A DNA stretch of 37,208 nucleotides from a virus: positions 1 to 37,208 of IMG/VR virus record IMGVR_UViG_3300028886_000020. One strand, 5' to 3'. Positions 24,476-32,959 of this stretch are shown in pieces (within the stretch, counting starts at the first letter, position 1; each line of letters starts with the position of its first letter). A model generated the notes under the pieces. The model was not told where the DNA came from, did no database searches, and was given only the letters and a program-made list of their open reading frames with translations. The position numbers were made by a program, and so were the translations under genes.

Positions 24476-25116
24476 TGGAAAAAGAACAGATATCATTATA
24501 TGAGAAATTAGCAGCAATGCGTGTTGATTTACAGAACGAGAAAATCAGTAAGTCAGGTATGAATAGTTACAGTAATTTTAAATATTATAATTTGGACGAT
24601 TTCTTACCTGCGTGTAACAATATAGCACAAAAGCACAAAGTATTTTTTAAATTCAATATCGATAAAGAACGTGCTGAACTGGTTGCCATAAATATTGAAA
24701 ATACAGACGAGAAAGAAGTATTTGCGATTCCAATATCAGAAGTTACTGTAAAAGGTGCAAATAGTATGCAAAATATTGGAGCAGTTACAACATATGCAAG
24801 AAGGTATTTATATATGATTGTATTTGAAATTGCTGAAAGCGACAGTTTTGACACCGAAGAATCAATGAAGAAAAATGAGGAAGAGGAAAGACTTAGGAAA
24901 GAATATGAAGAAAAACAGTTAGAAATGGAACGCTCACCAATAGCAGAGATAAAAGTGAATATGATAGAAAAAGAGTTGGCGAGAACTGGTGTAAGTGAAG
25001 AAGCAGTATGCAAACGATACAATGTGAAAGCAATAAATGAAATTACAGAGGGCAAGTTCCCTGTTGTAATGAAGAGTTTAAAAGCTACACCAACCAAACA
25101 GGGATTTGAGGAATAA
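24475..25116 (+). CDS. erf: ERF-family single-strand annealing protein
   Basis: NSYSNFKYYNLDDFLPACN and GAVTTYARRYLYMIVFEIAESD are ERF hallmarks. TAATG overlap with the upstream gene. Confidence 0.8.
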   Translation: MEKEQISLYEKLAAMRVDLQNEKISKSGMNSYSNFKYYNLDDFLPACNNIAQKHKVFFKFNIDKERAELVAINIENTDEKEVFAIPISEVTVKGANSMQNIGAVTTYARRYLYMIVFEIAESDSFDTEESMKKNEEEERLRKEYEEKQLEMERSPIAEIKVNMIEKELARTGVSEEAVCKRYNVKAINEITEGKFPVVMKSLKATPTKQGFEE

Positions 25117-25118
25117 GA

Positions 25119-25784
25119 ATGTATGAATTAGCGAAGATAGAAAAGTATAGAGTGAATAAAGAAAGCACAGAGTTAATAATATCAATTCCAAAAGATATAT
25201 CTTATATCATAACTGACAAGCATATCAAAAAATGTGAAATGAGATTTGATGATGGAAGACATATCAGTTCAGAGCAGAGAAAAAAAGCATATGCAACCAT
25301 TAAAGATATAGCTGCATGGAGTGGTTATCTGCCGGAAGAACAGAAAGAATGGCTTAAATATTTACATATAGCCAAAACAGGCTGTGAGTACTTTTCATTA
25401 TCTTCCTGTACGGTTGATACTGCAAGAGAGTTCATAAATACAATACTTGAATATGCGGTTGAAAATGGTGTACCTCTGACAGACTTAGCTTCGTCAAGAA
25501 CAGACGATATAGGCAGATATTTATATTTCTGCCTTAAGAATAAGAAATGTGCTGTATGTGGTAAATATGGTGAAATACATCATTGGGATGCTATCGGAAT
25601 GGGTAGCGACAGAAAAAAGGTTGATGACAGTAAGCACAGAAAAATATGTCTTTGCAGAACACATCATACGATAGCTCATCAGCGAGGAAATACTGCATTT
25701 GAAAAAATGTATAAAGTATATGGAATAACATACGAGGAAGGAAGTGAAAATGATGTTCAAAGTGCCGGGACCACCGCAGGGTAA
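25119..25784 (+). CDS. HNH-motif (beta-beta-alpha-Me) nuclease-like protein
   Basis: CAVCGKYGEIHHWDAIGMGSDRKK...ICLCRTHHTIAHQRG. Confidence 0.65.
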   Translation: MYELAKIEKYRVNKESTELIISIPKDISYIITDKHIKKCEMRFDDGRHISSEQRKKAYATIKDIAAWSGYLPEEQKEWLKYLHIAKTGCEYFSLSSCTVDTAREFINTILEYAVENGVPLTDLASSRTDDIGRYLYFCLKNKKCAVCGKYGEIHHWDAIGMGSDRKKVDDSKHRKICLCRTHHTIAHQRGNTAFEKMYKVYGITYEEGSENDVQSAGTTAG

Positions 25785-26187
25785 GGCAAGAGCAAGGACA
25801 TTTTATAATCCGAATATAAATAAAATGAGTTCAATAACACCGGAGAAAACAGTGTTGTATGAAAATCTTATTAAACAGTGTTATTTAGCTTCACATATGG
25901 CAGATAAGAGATATATGGATAACGAACCGTTAGAAATGGAAATAACAGCTATATATGATATTCCAATGTCGGTATCAAACAAACGAAGAGATAGAATGCT
26001 TAAATCATTTGAGTATCCTACCAAAAAGCCAGATATAGACAATATTGCAAAAGTAGTATGTGATGCACTTAATGGTGTAGCTTATAAAGATGATAAGCAG
26101 ATAGTATCACTTAAATTAGCAAAGAGATACGGATCACTTCCTATGGTGGTTATTGATATAAATGAGATTAAAGAACAGATAGATTAA
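25750..26187 (+). CDS. rusA: RusA-family Holliday junction resolvase
   Basis: PGPPQGKARAR...KKPDIDNIAKVVCDALNGVAYKDDKQIVSL are RusA signatures. RBS AGGAAGGA. GTG at 25744 is an alternative start. Confidence 0.85.
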   Translation: MMFKVPGPPQGKARARTFYNPNINKMSSITPEKTVLYENLIKQCYLASHMADKRYMDNEPLEMEITAIYDIPMSVSNKRRDRMLKSFEYPTKKPDIDNIAKVVCDALNGVAYKDDKQIVSLKLAKRYGSLPMVVIDINEIKEQID

Positions 26188-26261
26188 ATAGTTGTTCAGG
26201 TGTTTTACACCTTTACATAAATAATATATCGCAATGGCATTGAAATGGTTGAATTTAAACA

Positions 26262-26310
26262 GTAGCGGCTACATACTCCCCCTTAATTACCTATCCCTCG
26301 TAGTCGCTAC
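26262..26310 (+). promoter_or_regulatory. 11-bp stem hairpin with a 27-nt pyrimidine-rich loop in the 5' leader of the replication module
   Basis: GTAGCGGCTAC pairs with GTAGTCGCTAC (one G-U pair). The loop is ATACTCCCCCTTAATTACCTATCCCTC. RBS GGAAAGGAG starts 1 nt after the stem. Confidence 0.55.
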
Positions 26311-26327
26311 GGAAAGGAGTCATATCA

Positions 26328-26630
26328 GTGAGTATTGAAATTGAAAAGTTTATAGGTCATGGAAAAGCCAATGCAGTAACAAGAAGTTATCTGGTAATGG
26401 CAACAGGATTAAATGATAGAGAAGTAAGAGATGCAATAAGCAAAGCAAGAGGCAATGGTGCAGTTATACTGAATGACCAGGATGGAAAAGGTTATTACTA
26501 TCCGACATTAGATGAATATGATAATGCAGTTGGCTGTTTAAAACAGGAAGAGAAAAGAGCAAAATGTGTCTTTTGGACCTTAAAGTCACTAAGAAAGTGG
26601 GTGCAGGAAAATGAGCCACATAAGACTTGA
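26328..26630 (+). CDS. Hypothetical winged-helix-like protein (100 aa)
   Basis: GTG start with RBS GGAAAGGAG. VTRSYLVMATGLNDREVRDAISKARGNGAVIL resembles a wHTH. It precedes the replisome organiser gene. Confidence 0.6.
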   Translation: MSIEIEKFIGHGKANAVTRSYLVMATGLNDREVRDAISKARGNGAVILNDQDGKGYYYPTLDEYDNAVGCLKQEEKRAKCVFWTLKSLRKWVQENEPHKT

Positions 26631-27357
26631 CAGAAACATACTCGAATGGGAATGGTACTCAGATGAGCATACAAAAAGTTTATTTATACATTGTTTATTA
26701 AAAGCCAACTATAAGGACTGCAATTTTAAAGGACAAATAATAAAGAGAGGATCTTTTGTAACCTCATATGCAACACTAGAACGTGAGTTGTCACTCACAA
26801 TTAACGAAATCAGGACAGCTTTTAAGCATTTAAAAAGCACAGGCGAAATCACAAGCAAATCACAAGGTAAATATAGCGTAGTCACAGTAAAAAACTATGA
26901 TAAGTACCAAAGTGATAACAAGGTAAATGACAAGGAATTAACAAGCAAGTCACAAGCTATTAACAAGCTATTAACAACAAGAGAAAGAAATAAAGAATAT
27001 AAAGAAGTTAATAATAAAAGAGAGTATAAGAGAAAACTTGGTGAGTTTTCTCACGTCCATCTCTTGCAGAAAGATATAGATAAACTTGTTGAAGAGTTAG
27101 GAACAGATAAATTTGAAGCTGTGATTAAGAAGTTAGATGAATATATAGAGCAGACAGGCAAGTCTTATAAAAATCATTTGCTTGTAATACGCAAATGGGC
27201 AATCAAAGCAGTTGAGGAAGATGAAAACCGGCAGGCTGAAAGTAATAAAAAGAGATATGAAACCGGCAGAGGTACAAGCAGCAATAATCAGTTTAATAAT
27301 TTTACCCAGAGAAAATATGATTATGACGAATTGGAAAAGGAATTATTAGAGCAATAA
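26611..27357 (+). CDS. Replisome organiser / DnaD-domain replication protein
   Basis: IRLDRNILEWEWYSD...LFIHCLLKANYKD...RGSFVTSYATLERELSLTINEIRTAFKHL is the typical N-terminal region. A C-terminal DnaD-like segment (LLVIRKWA) is present. The gene contains internal iterons. Confidence 0.75.
   Translation: MSHIRLDRNILEWEWYSDEHTKSLFIHCLLKANYKDCNFKGQIIKRGSFVTSYATLERELSLTINEIRTAFKHLKSTGEITSKSQGKYSVVTVKNYDKYQSDNKVNDKELTSKSQAINKLLTTRERNKEYKEVNNKREYKRKLGEFSHVHLLQKDIDKLVEELGTDKFEAVIKKLDEYIEQTGKSYKNHLLVIRKWAIKAVEEDENRQAESNKKRYETGRGTSSNNQFNNFTQRKYDYDELEKELLEQ
26851..26981 (+). repeat. Iteron-like direct repeat cluster (candidate ori) inside the replisome organiser gene
   Basis: ACAAGCAARTCACAAG at 26851 and 26941, exactly 90 bp apart. 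ACAAGGTAAAT at 26862 and 26918. Tandem CTATTAACAA(G/C) at 26957 and 26968. Confidence 0.55.
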
Positions 27358-27377
27358 AGAGCAAAGGAGGCGGACAA

Positions 27378-27794
27378 ATGACAGATGGATATGAAGAATA
27401 TGATGACATAGTGGTTACAGAAGATGAAAGAGCAATGCAGGATGAAATTGATGCTGCAATCAGAATCGCGAGACAAGTTACTGCAAGGCAGAAAAGCCAA
27501 TACAGATACAACCATAGTGACAAAGGACAGAAAAGCAAGTCAAAATATCAGCAGACGGATAAATTTAGACAGTCACAGAGAAAATACAGGCATTCACCGA
27601 AAGGACAGGAAATGCTTAGAAAATATTCGAAATCACAGAATTTCACAGATGCACAGGAAAAATACAGACATTCTGAAAAAGGTATTGAAAACGAGCAGAG
27701 AAAGAGAAAAAGAAAGGTTGCATCAGGAAAGAATGCAGAATATTGCAGAAGATATTATTACCGGAAGAAAGCTGAAATGGCAATAGAACAGTAA
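27378..27794 (+). CDS. Basic protein with about five tandem 13-aa repeats (KYRHSxKG type)
   Basis: Strong RBS AAAGGAGG. Repeat units are SQYRYNHSDKGQK / SKSKYQQTDKFRQ / SQRKYRHSPKGQE / MLRKYSKSQNFTD / AQEKYRHSEKGIE. Confidence 0.65.
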   Translation: MTDGYEEYDDIVVTEDERAMQDEIDAAIRIARQVTARQKSQYRYNHSDKGQKSKSKYQQTDKFRQSQRKYRHSPKGQEMLRKYSKSQNFTDAQEKYRHSEKGIENEQRKRKRKVASGKNAEYCRRYYYRKKAEMAIEQ

Positions 27795-27813
27795 AAGAAA
27801 GCAGGCGAAAAAA

Positions 27814-28380
27814 ATGGAATCAATAATTCAACAGGCAATAGAGAAATTAACGAATGAGAAAAACAAATCAAAAAATAAGGCATTTGCTAATCCAATTACT
27901 GAAAGCCTTATTAGAAGAGTAGCAGAATCGGAGTCATTGGCACAGGATATTATGCAGAAGAGCAAGGGACTTGAAAAATGTCTTGATTATATAACAGACA
28001 AAGCTAAAAATGCAGCTAAAGGACAAAAAATGATAGCGGTAAAAGATGAAACCGTATATGAATGGGCAGAAGACTATTATCGCAAAGCGGAGGATAAAGT
28101 GGAAGTCAATGCGGATAAAAAGGCTGACATTAAGGAGCTGGAAGCAAAAGAGAACAAAAAGAATGATGATAATAATAAATCAGGAACAGATGAAAATAAA
28201 GATGATAAGGTAACGGAAAATAAAACGCAGGCAATGAGAAATATCGTTACAACGCATTCAGATTCATTAGATAATAATGGAGATATATCAAAATCAAATC
28301 ACACCAAACAGGACAAACACATCAAAGAGGATAAGCAGCTTGAAGGACAGATGGATATATTTTCGTTCTTAAGCGTGTGA
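27814..28380 (+). CDS. PcfK-like protein
   Basis: CLDYITDKAKNAAKGQKMIAVKDETVYEWAEDYY resembles the PcfK-like family pattern. It is adjacent to a PcfJ-like gene. Confidence 0.55.
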   Translation: MESIIQQAIEKLTNEKNKSKNKAFANPITESLIRRVAESESLAQDIMQKSKGLEKCLDYITDKAKNAAKGQKMIAVKDETVYEWAEDYYRKAEDKVEVNADKKADIKELEAKENKKNDDNNKSGTDENKDDKVTENKTQAMRNIVTTHSDSLDNNGDISKSNHTKQDKHIKEDKQLEGQMDIFSFLSV

Positions 28381-28390
28381 GGTGTCAGAT

Positions 28391-30457
28391 ATGGATAAAA
28401 AGAAATTAAGAAGCATAGAGAGACCTGAAAAGAAGGAATCATATTATGAATTAATCAAAGACATTAATCCTGTATATATAGCAGATGCTGAAAGAAGAGA
28501 TGAGATACTTATCATAAATTTCTTCAGAGTTACAAAAAAGATTGAAATTTGTCCTGAGTTTAGAACATTTATAATAAAAGATGATTATATCACACAGGAT
28601 CTGACTACGGAAAAAACTAAATGGAAAACAGGTACAATATCATATCTTTGTAATGGTTGGAGTGGTTATCCTAGATGCTGGTGGTCAACCACTAATGTAG
28701 TCATAGCAAGTGGAGAAAATGTTATAAAGAATTCAATAGCTGAATTTACCGGAAAAACAGTTAAGAATGATTTAGCACTGGATATTGTAGCAGAGTATCA
28801 GGAAAGTATATTAAAAAATCGTCTTAAGGCAAAACACAAAAAAGAAACTGATGTTATAGATGAACAGATGAGTAAATTTGGAAAATTACCAGACGATTAT
28901 CAGAAATTCATAGAAGATGAATTATTTGCAGATGATAACTACATATTTTATAGCAGGGCAAAGAGAAAAGCATATTGTTCAAAATGTAAAAATGAAATCG
29001 ATATTGATGAAGATGGTTATTTATCAGACAGTAATGGAATTCATAACAACGGACATAAGATTAAACATAATGAATTAGCTATATGTCCGTATTGCAAGAC
29101 GGAAGAATCTGCCAGGAGCATAAATATGAGCAGAAATCCGCTTACTAAGATAAGATGGAGTGTTATTGTACAGAAAAGTAATACAGATGTACTTGTAAGA
29201 TATTTCAGACATATCAAGGACTTTAAAGAAGATTATAAAAATGCAAGTTATGACACAAGGGAAGAGTTCAGAACAGTCCATACAGATGAAGGTTCTAAGG
29301 ACTACGAGTATGGAGAATATAAGAGAACTGGCAATAGAAGATGGATATATCAGAGAGACGGAGGATATGGAGGATATTGGTCTCCATCAGAACTTGTACT
29401 GCCAAGAAGCATTACAATATATAACAAAGATTTGGACAATACATTAGCAGGAACTTGTATGAAGTATAGCAGTATAGGTCAATATTTAATAAATATTAGT
29501 AATAGTAATACTTTTAAATTTGCATGGATTATTGACCAATATCTTAATTTCTACCGTAAGAATAAATGGATAGAGCAGATAGTTAAGTGCGGTTTCGTGA
29601 AGCTTGCACATGAACTTATGAATGAATATCGATTAAAAAATGTAATAACCGGAGGCAAAACAATTTGTCAGACATTGGATATTAAAAAAAGTGATTTTAA
29701 GATACTGAGGAAACAGAAGAATGTTTGTTACAGGGATATCGAAATAATGAGGTATTACAGACAGATACATAATAAAGATATTTCAGAAAAAGATTTTACT
29801 GAAATAAGAACTGTGTGCGGACAAACAGAGCAATATAAAAGCTATGTAAAATTTATGAGATTTTCTACATTGTATAAGTTAAAGAAATACTTCACAAAAA
29901 AGACCGAAGATATGATGATAAGTGATTATTTTGATTATATCAAATGGTTAGAAGAGTTAGGCTATGATATGAGAAATGAATTTAATTTATACCCAAAGGA
30001 CTTTATGAAAGCACATGATGAAAAATCAGGCGAATACATTGCAAGACAGAATAAACTACTAAAAGAAAAAGTTATAAAGTTTAATGCAATGTTAAGGAAG
30101 ATGAAAAAAGAGATAACAGATGATAGTCCTCTGAATATTAAAATGAATAGTTTATTTATTAGATTGCCACACAACTTAAATGAACTGAGTAAGGAAGGCG
30201 AACAACTTCATCATTGTGTAGGTACTTATAAAGATAAAGTAATCAAGGGAGAAACAACTATATTTTTTATAAGGCAGCAAGAAATACCTGATAAATCATA
30301 TTACACCCTTGAATGGAAAAATGATCACGTAGAGCAGTGCCGAGGTTATCGCAATAGTGATATGACACCAGAAGTACGGGAGTTTGTGAATTTATTTAGC
30401 AAGAAAATGATACAGTATATACATAAAGATGATATGAAGCATAAAAAGACAGGATAA
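28391..30457 (+). CDS. PcfJ-like domain protein with internal CxxC...CxxC zinc ribbon
   Basis: The C-terminal LSKEGEQLHHCVGTYKDKVIKGETTIFFIRQ...YYTLEW...QCRGYRN matches the PcfJ signature (EG..M.HCV..Y). RBS GAGGTG lies before the ATG at 28391. Confidence 0.65.
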   Translation: MDKKKLRSIERPEKKESYYELIKDINPVYIADAERRDEILIINFFRVTKKIEICPEFRTFIIKDDYITQDLTTEKTKWKTGTISYLCNGWSGYPRCWWSTTNVVIASGENVIKNSIAEFTGKTVKNDLALDIVAEYQESILKNRLKAKHKKETDVIDEQMSKFGKLPDDYQKFIEDELFADDNYIFYSRAKRKAYCSKCKNEIDIDEDGYLSDSNGIHNNGHKIKHNELAICPYCKTEESARSINMSRNPLTKIRWSVIVQKSNTDVLVRYFRHIKDFKEDYKNASYDTREEFRTVHTDEGSKDYEYGEYKRTGNRRWIYQRDGGYGGYWSPSELVLPRSITIYNKDLDNTLAGTCMKYSSIGQYLINISNSNTFKFAWIIDQYLNFYRKNKWIEQIVKCGFVKLAHELMNEYRLKNVITGGKTICQTLDIKKSDFKILRKQKNVCYRDIEIMRYYRQIHNKDISEKDFTEIRTVCGQTEQYKSYVKFMRFSTLYKLKKYFTKKTEDMMISDYFDYIKWLEELGYDMRNEFNLYPKDFMKAHDEKSGEYIARQNKLLKEKVIKFNAMLRKMKKEITDDSPLNIKMNSLFIRLPHNLNELSKEGEQLHHCVGTYKDKVIKGETTIFFIRQQEIPDKSYYTLEWKNDHVEQCRGYRNSDMTPEVREFVNLFSKKMIQYIHKDDMKHKKTG

Positions 30458-30506
30458 AAAAATATTCAGAAGGCAATAACTTTAAGATTGGAAGCGAGGA
30501 ATAGAG

Positions 30507-31100
30507 ATGAATTTAGAAAGACTGAAGGAACGTTTTAAAAATCATGTAGCAACATTAACAGATTATGGAAATATTAAAATATTAGATTTTAAAGAACCAG
30601 GCAGCTCAATCTATCGCATAAGGTTTCTTTTTGAGGAAGATTATTACAGATTACATATATCAGGTGATTTAGGCGAACTGACAGCTACAAATTACAAAAA
30701 TATGACATATGAAAAATTTTCTGATTTTGTGAATGATATTGGATATTTTGAACAGAAAATCAATTGTCACAGCAGAGCTATATATGTTTATAGTGAAGAT
30801 AAAGCTAAAGAAGAACTAAAAGAATATTTAGAAGAATATGGTGTGCTAGATGATGTGCTTTATGATGATAGATGTGACTTTGAAACAGACGAAGATAAGC
30901 TGGACGATTTTTTTGATGATGTACTAGAAGATTTCACGATAGAAAACGGTATAGGTTCAAAAGGCTATGATGCTGTATCAAAATATATAGATGATTTTTG
31001 GGAAATATCTAGTTACATAGGAAGAAAAGAAACTGGAATATTAGATTTGTATATGTTGGCTTTTAAATTAGCAACAGAACAGTTGAAAGGAGAGAAATAG
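30507..31100 (+). CDS. Hypothetical protein (197 aa)
   Basis: RBS GCGAGGA. Coherent coding composition with an acidic central region. Confidence 0.6.
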   Translation: MNLERLKERFKNHVATLTDYGNIKILDFKEPGSSIYRIRFLFEEDYYRLHISGDLGELTATNYKNMTYEKFSDFVNDIGYFEQKINCHSRAIYVYSEDKAKEELKEYLEEYGVLDDVLYDDRCDFETDEDKLDDFFDDVLEDFTIENGIGSKGYDAVSKYIDDFWEISSYIGRKETGILDLYMLAFKLATEQLKGEK

Positions 31101-31520
31101 ATGGATAGATTAACTATATTTACAGGTGAGTGTTACGAGAGTATAAATCCCGTTGATTTAGCATTAGATGAATATTCAGATATCAATTTTGAGAAAATTG
31201 TTGATAAATTAGCTAGATATGAGGACTTAGAGGAACAAGGCAGACTTATCAAGTTGCCTTGCAAGGTGGGAGATGTTGTGTATCGAATAAATATAGGAGC
31301 GATGAAGCCTGTAATCCCACTTCGGGTTGTTGAATACAGATTTAAAATTGTTGGAAATTGTATCAGAAAGAAAATTTGTTGTTCCGATGATTTTTTGTGT
31401 AAACAGCCAAGTATAATTTATTATGCAGAAGATATTGGTAATAAGGTATTCCTCACAAAAGCCGAAGCAGAAGAAAAGTTGAAAGAATTGAGAGGTGAAG
31501 AAAATGGCTCAATGGAATAA
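31101..31520 (+). CDS. Hypothetical protein (139 aa)
   Basis: TAGATG junction with the upstream gene. KLARYEDLEEQGRLIKLPCKVGDVVY is a common phage small-protein pattern. Confidence 0.6.
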   Translation: MDRLTIFTGECYESINPVDLALDEYSDINFEKIVDKLARYEDLEEQGRLIKLPCKVGDVVYRINIGAMKPVIPLRVVEYRFKIVGNCIRKKICCSDDFLCKQPSIIYYAEDIGNKVFLTKAEAEEKLKELRGEENGSME

Positions 31521-31875
31521 AAATACAGTACCAAAATGTAAGAATAAAAATTGTTCAGATGAAGTTTTAGTAACAGTAGAATACATAGGATATGACGGAA
31601 AACTTTATAAAAGGGTAATCAAAGCGGTGTACTTTCCATATCATCATTGTACTGTTGAAGATATGGGATGGAATATGTGTGATGGTGTTCTTGATGATTG
31701 GGAATATTCAGAAGAGGATGATTCATATTGGATTCCGCAAGGTTGGTATGAAGTGTGTGATTACTTTGGGGATTATTCATATTCAACTATCACAGATAAA
31801 GTTATTGCGTGGATGAAATTACCAAAGGCATTTGAACCGAAGTTAAAAGAGTTAAAGGAAATGGAGAGTGATTGA
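31504..31875 (+). CDS. Hypothetical protein (123 aa)
   Basis: RBS GAGGTGAAG lies before the ATG at 31504. Confidence 0.55.
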   Translation: MAQWNKNTVPKCKNKNCSDEVLVTVEYIGYDGKLYKRVIKAVYFPYHHCTVEDMGWNMCDGVLDDWEYSEEDDSYWIPQGWYEVCDYFGDYSYSTITDKVIAWMKLPKAFEPKLKELKEMESD

Positions 31876-31876
31876 T

Positions 31877-32236
31877 ATGACGATTGACGAAGCAATACAA
31901 CAAGCAAGATATGTAGCAGACGAACATAGTGATTGTTGGAGAAATTGCGAAAATATTGAAAAGTGTTGTAAAGAATGTGAATATGAACACGAACAGCTTG
32001 CAGAGTGGTTGGAAGAACTGAAATCATATAAGCGGAACACTGATATATGCCCTATATGCGACACATATTGCTCTTATCTTTCGGAAGAGTTTGAAAATGG
32101 CTATAACAAAGCAATTGATGATTTTGCGAAATTAGTTGAAATATGGTGTTGGAAACATGAACAATACAATCAAGATGATTTGAATAAATTAATGAATATT
32201 GCAGAACAGTTAAAGGCAGGTGGAAAGAATGAGTGA
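31877..32236 (+). CDS. Hypothetical Cys-rich protein (119 aa)
   Basis: RBS GGAGAGTG lies before the ATG at 31877. Confidence 0.55.
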   Translation: MTIDEAIQQARYVADEHSDCWRNCENIEKCCKECEYEHEQLAEWLEELKSYKRNTDICPICDTYCSYLSEEFENGYNKAIDDFAKLVEIWCWKHEQYNQDDLNKLMNIAEQLKAGGKNE

Positions 32237-32519
32237 ATTAAAATCATGTCCGTTCTGCGGAAGTACAAAGCTAAAATTAGAAAAGAAAGCAACTAGATAC
32301 AGAGGTCATAAAGCCTACGTGGCATCAATAAGATGTAATTCTTGTCATGCAAGAGGTGGAACAGTTACAAATTTGACAATTCCTTATGCTGTAAAGGAAG
32401 ATGTTGAGGCTGAAGCATATAGAAGATGGAACAGGAGGTGGAAGAGTGAAAGCGAAAGAATATTTGATGCAGATAGAGATATTAAGTGTAAAAATCGAAC
32501 AGAAGAAGCAGAGAGCTAA
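32229..32519 (+). CDS. Lar-family restriction alleviation-like protein
   Basis: LKSCPFCGSTKLKL...IRCNSCHARGG...EAEAYRRWNRR matches the Lar_restr_allev pattern (CPFCG ... C..C ... A..AWN.R). Confidence 0.65.
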   Translation: MSELKSCPFCGSTKLKLEKKATRYRGHKAYVASIRCNSCHARGGTVTNLTIPYAVKEDVEAEAYRRWNRRWKSESERIFDADRDIKCKNRTEEAES

Positions 32520-32868
32520 AGAATACAGAGACTTAGCCTTATGCAGCGGAGGTTTTGATTATTCAAAAGAGAGAGTACAGACATCAAATCTTGGAGGGCA
32601 GATAGAAGACAGAATTATTCGATATGTTTCTTTAGAAAGTGAAATAACTGAAAACATATTTATGCTTCAGAAGATGAAAGACAAGATTACCGGAGAGATA
32701 CATAATCTTAATAATTCAGATTATATTATTCTGTTGTACAAAAGATATGTCGAATGTAAGTCGTTAGGACAGATAGCAAAAGACATGCATTATTCGTACG
32801 ATAGAATAAAACATATGCATGGTAATGCATTAATGGATTTTGAAAAAATAAATCTTAGCACCAAATAG
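32446..32868 (+). CDS. Late-gene transcriptional activator, ArpU/RinA/DUF1492-like (sigma region 4-like)
   Basis: GTG start 7 nt after AGGAGG. About 140 aa. The C-terminal HTH-like segment is LLYKRYVECKSLGQIAKDMHYSYDRIKHMHGNAL. It occupies the position upstream of the packaging genes. Confidence 0.6.
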   Translation: MKAKEYLMQIEILSVKIEQKKQRAKEYRDLALCSGGFDYSKERVQTSNLGGQIEDRIIRYVSLESEITENIFMLQKMKDKITGEIHNLNNSDYIILLYKRYVECKSLGQIAKDMHYSYDRIKHMHGNALMDFEKINLSTK

Positions 32869-32925
32869 CACCTTAAAGTGTGATATTATTGTAGAGTGAA
32901 TTAATATAAAAATTAATTCTAAAAA

Positions 32926-32958
32926 TGACACCAGAACCCCCTAACTGGTGTCATTTTA
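32926..32958 (+). terminator. Intrinsic terminator after the late activator gene
   Basis: TGACACCAG-AACCCCCTAA-CTGGTGTCA followed by TTTT. Confidence 0.75.
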
Positions 32959-32959
32959 C

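Noticed and set aside
23395-25097. Long minus-strand ORFs (23395..23877, 24084..24345 and 24585..25097) opposite the DUF1351-like and ERF genes
   Set aside because: They are shadow ORFs created by the purine-rich (E/K/R codon) sense strand. Their low-complexity S/F/L-rich translations have no RBS. The same reasoning applies to the other short antisense ORFs in the track, for example 120..383, 558..818, 3034..3258, 7318..7575, 7663..8010, 8647..9069, 9445..9870, 9997..10359, 10516..10902, 16058..16288, 16614..16901, 34676..34972 and 35116..35373.
27424-27786. Alternative-frame 120-aa ORF overlapping the repeat protein gene
   Set aside because: It has no RBS. It stays open only because of the repetitive A/G-rich sequence. 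The 27378 frame has a strong AAAGGAGG.
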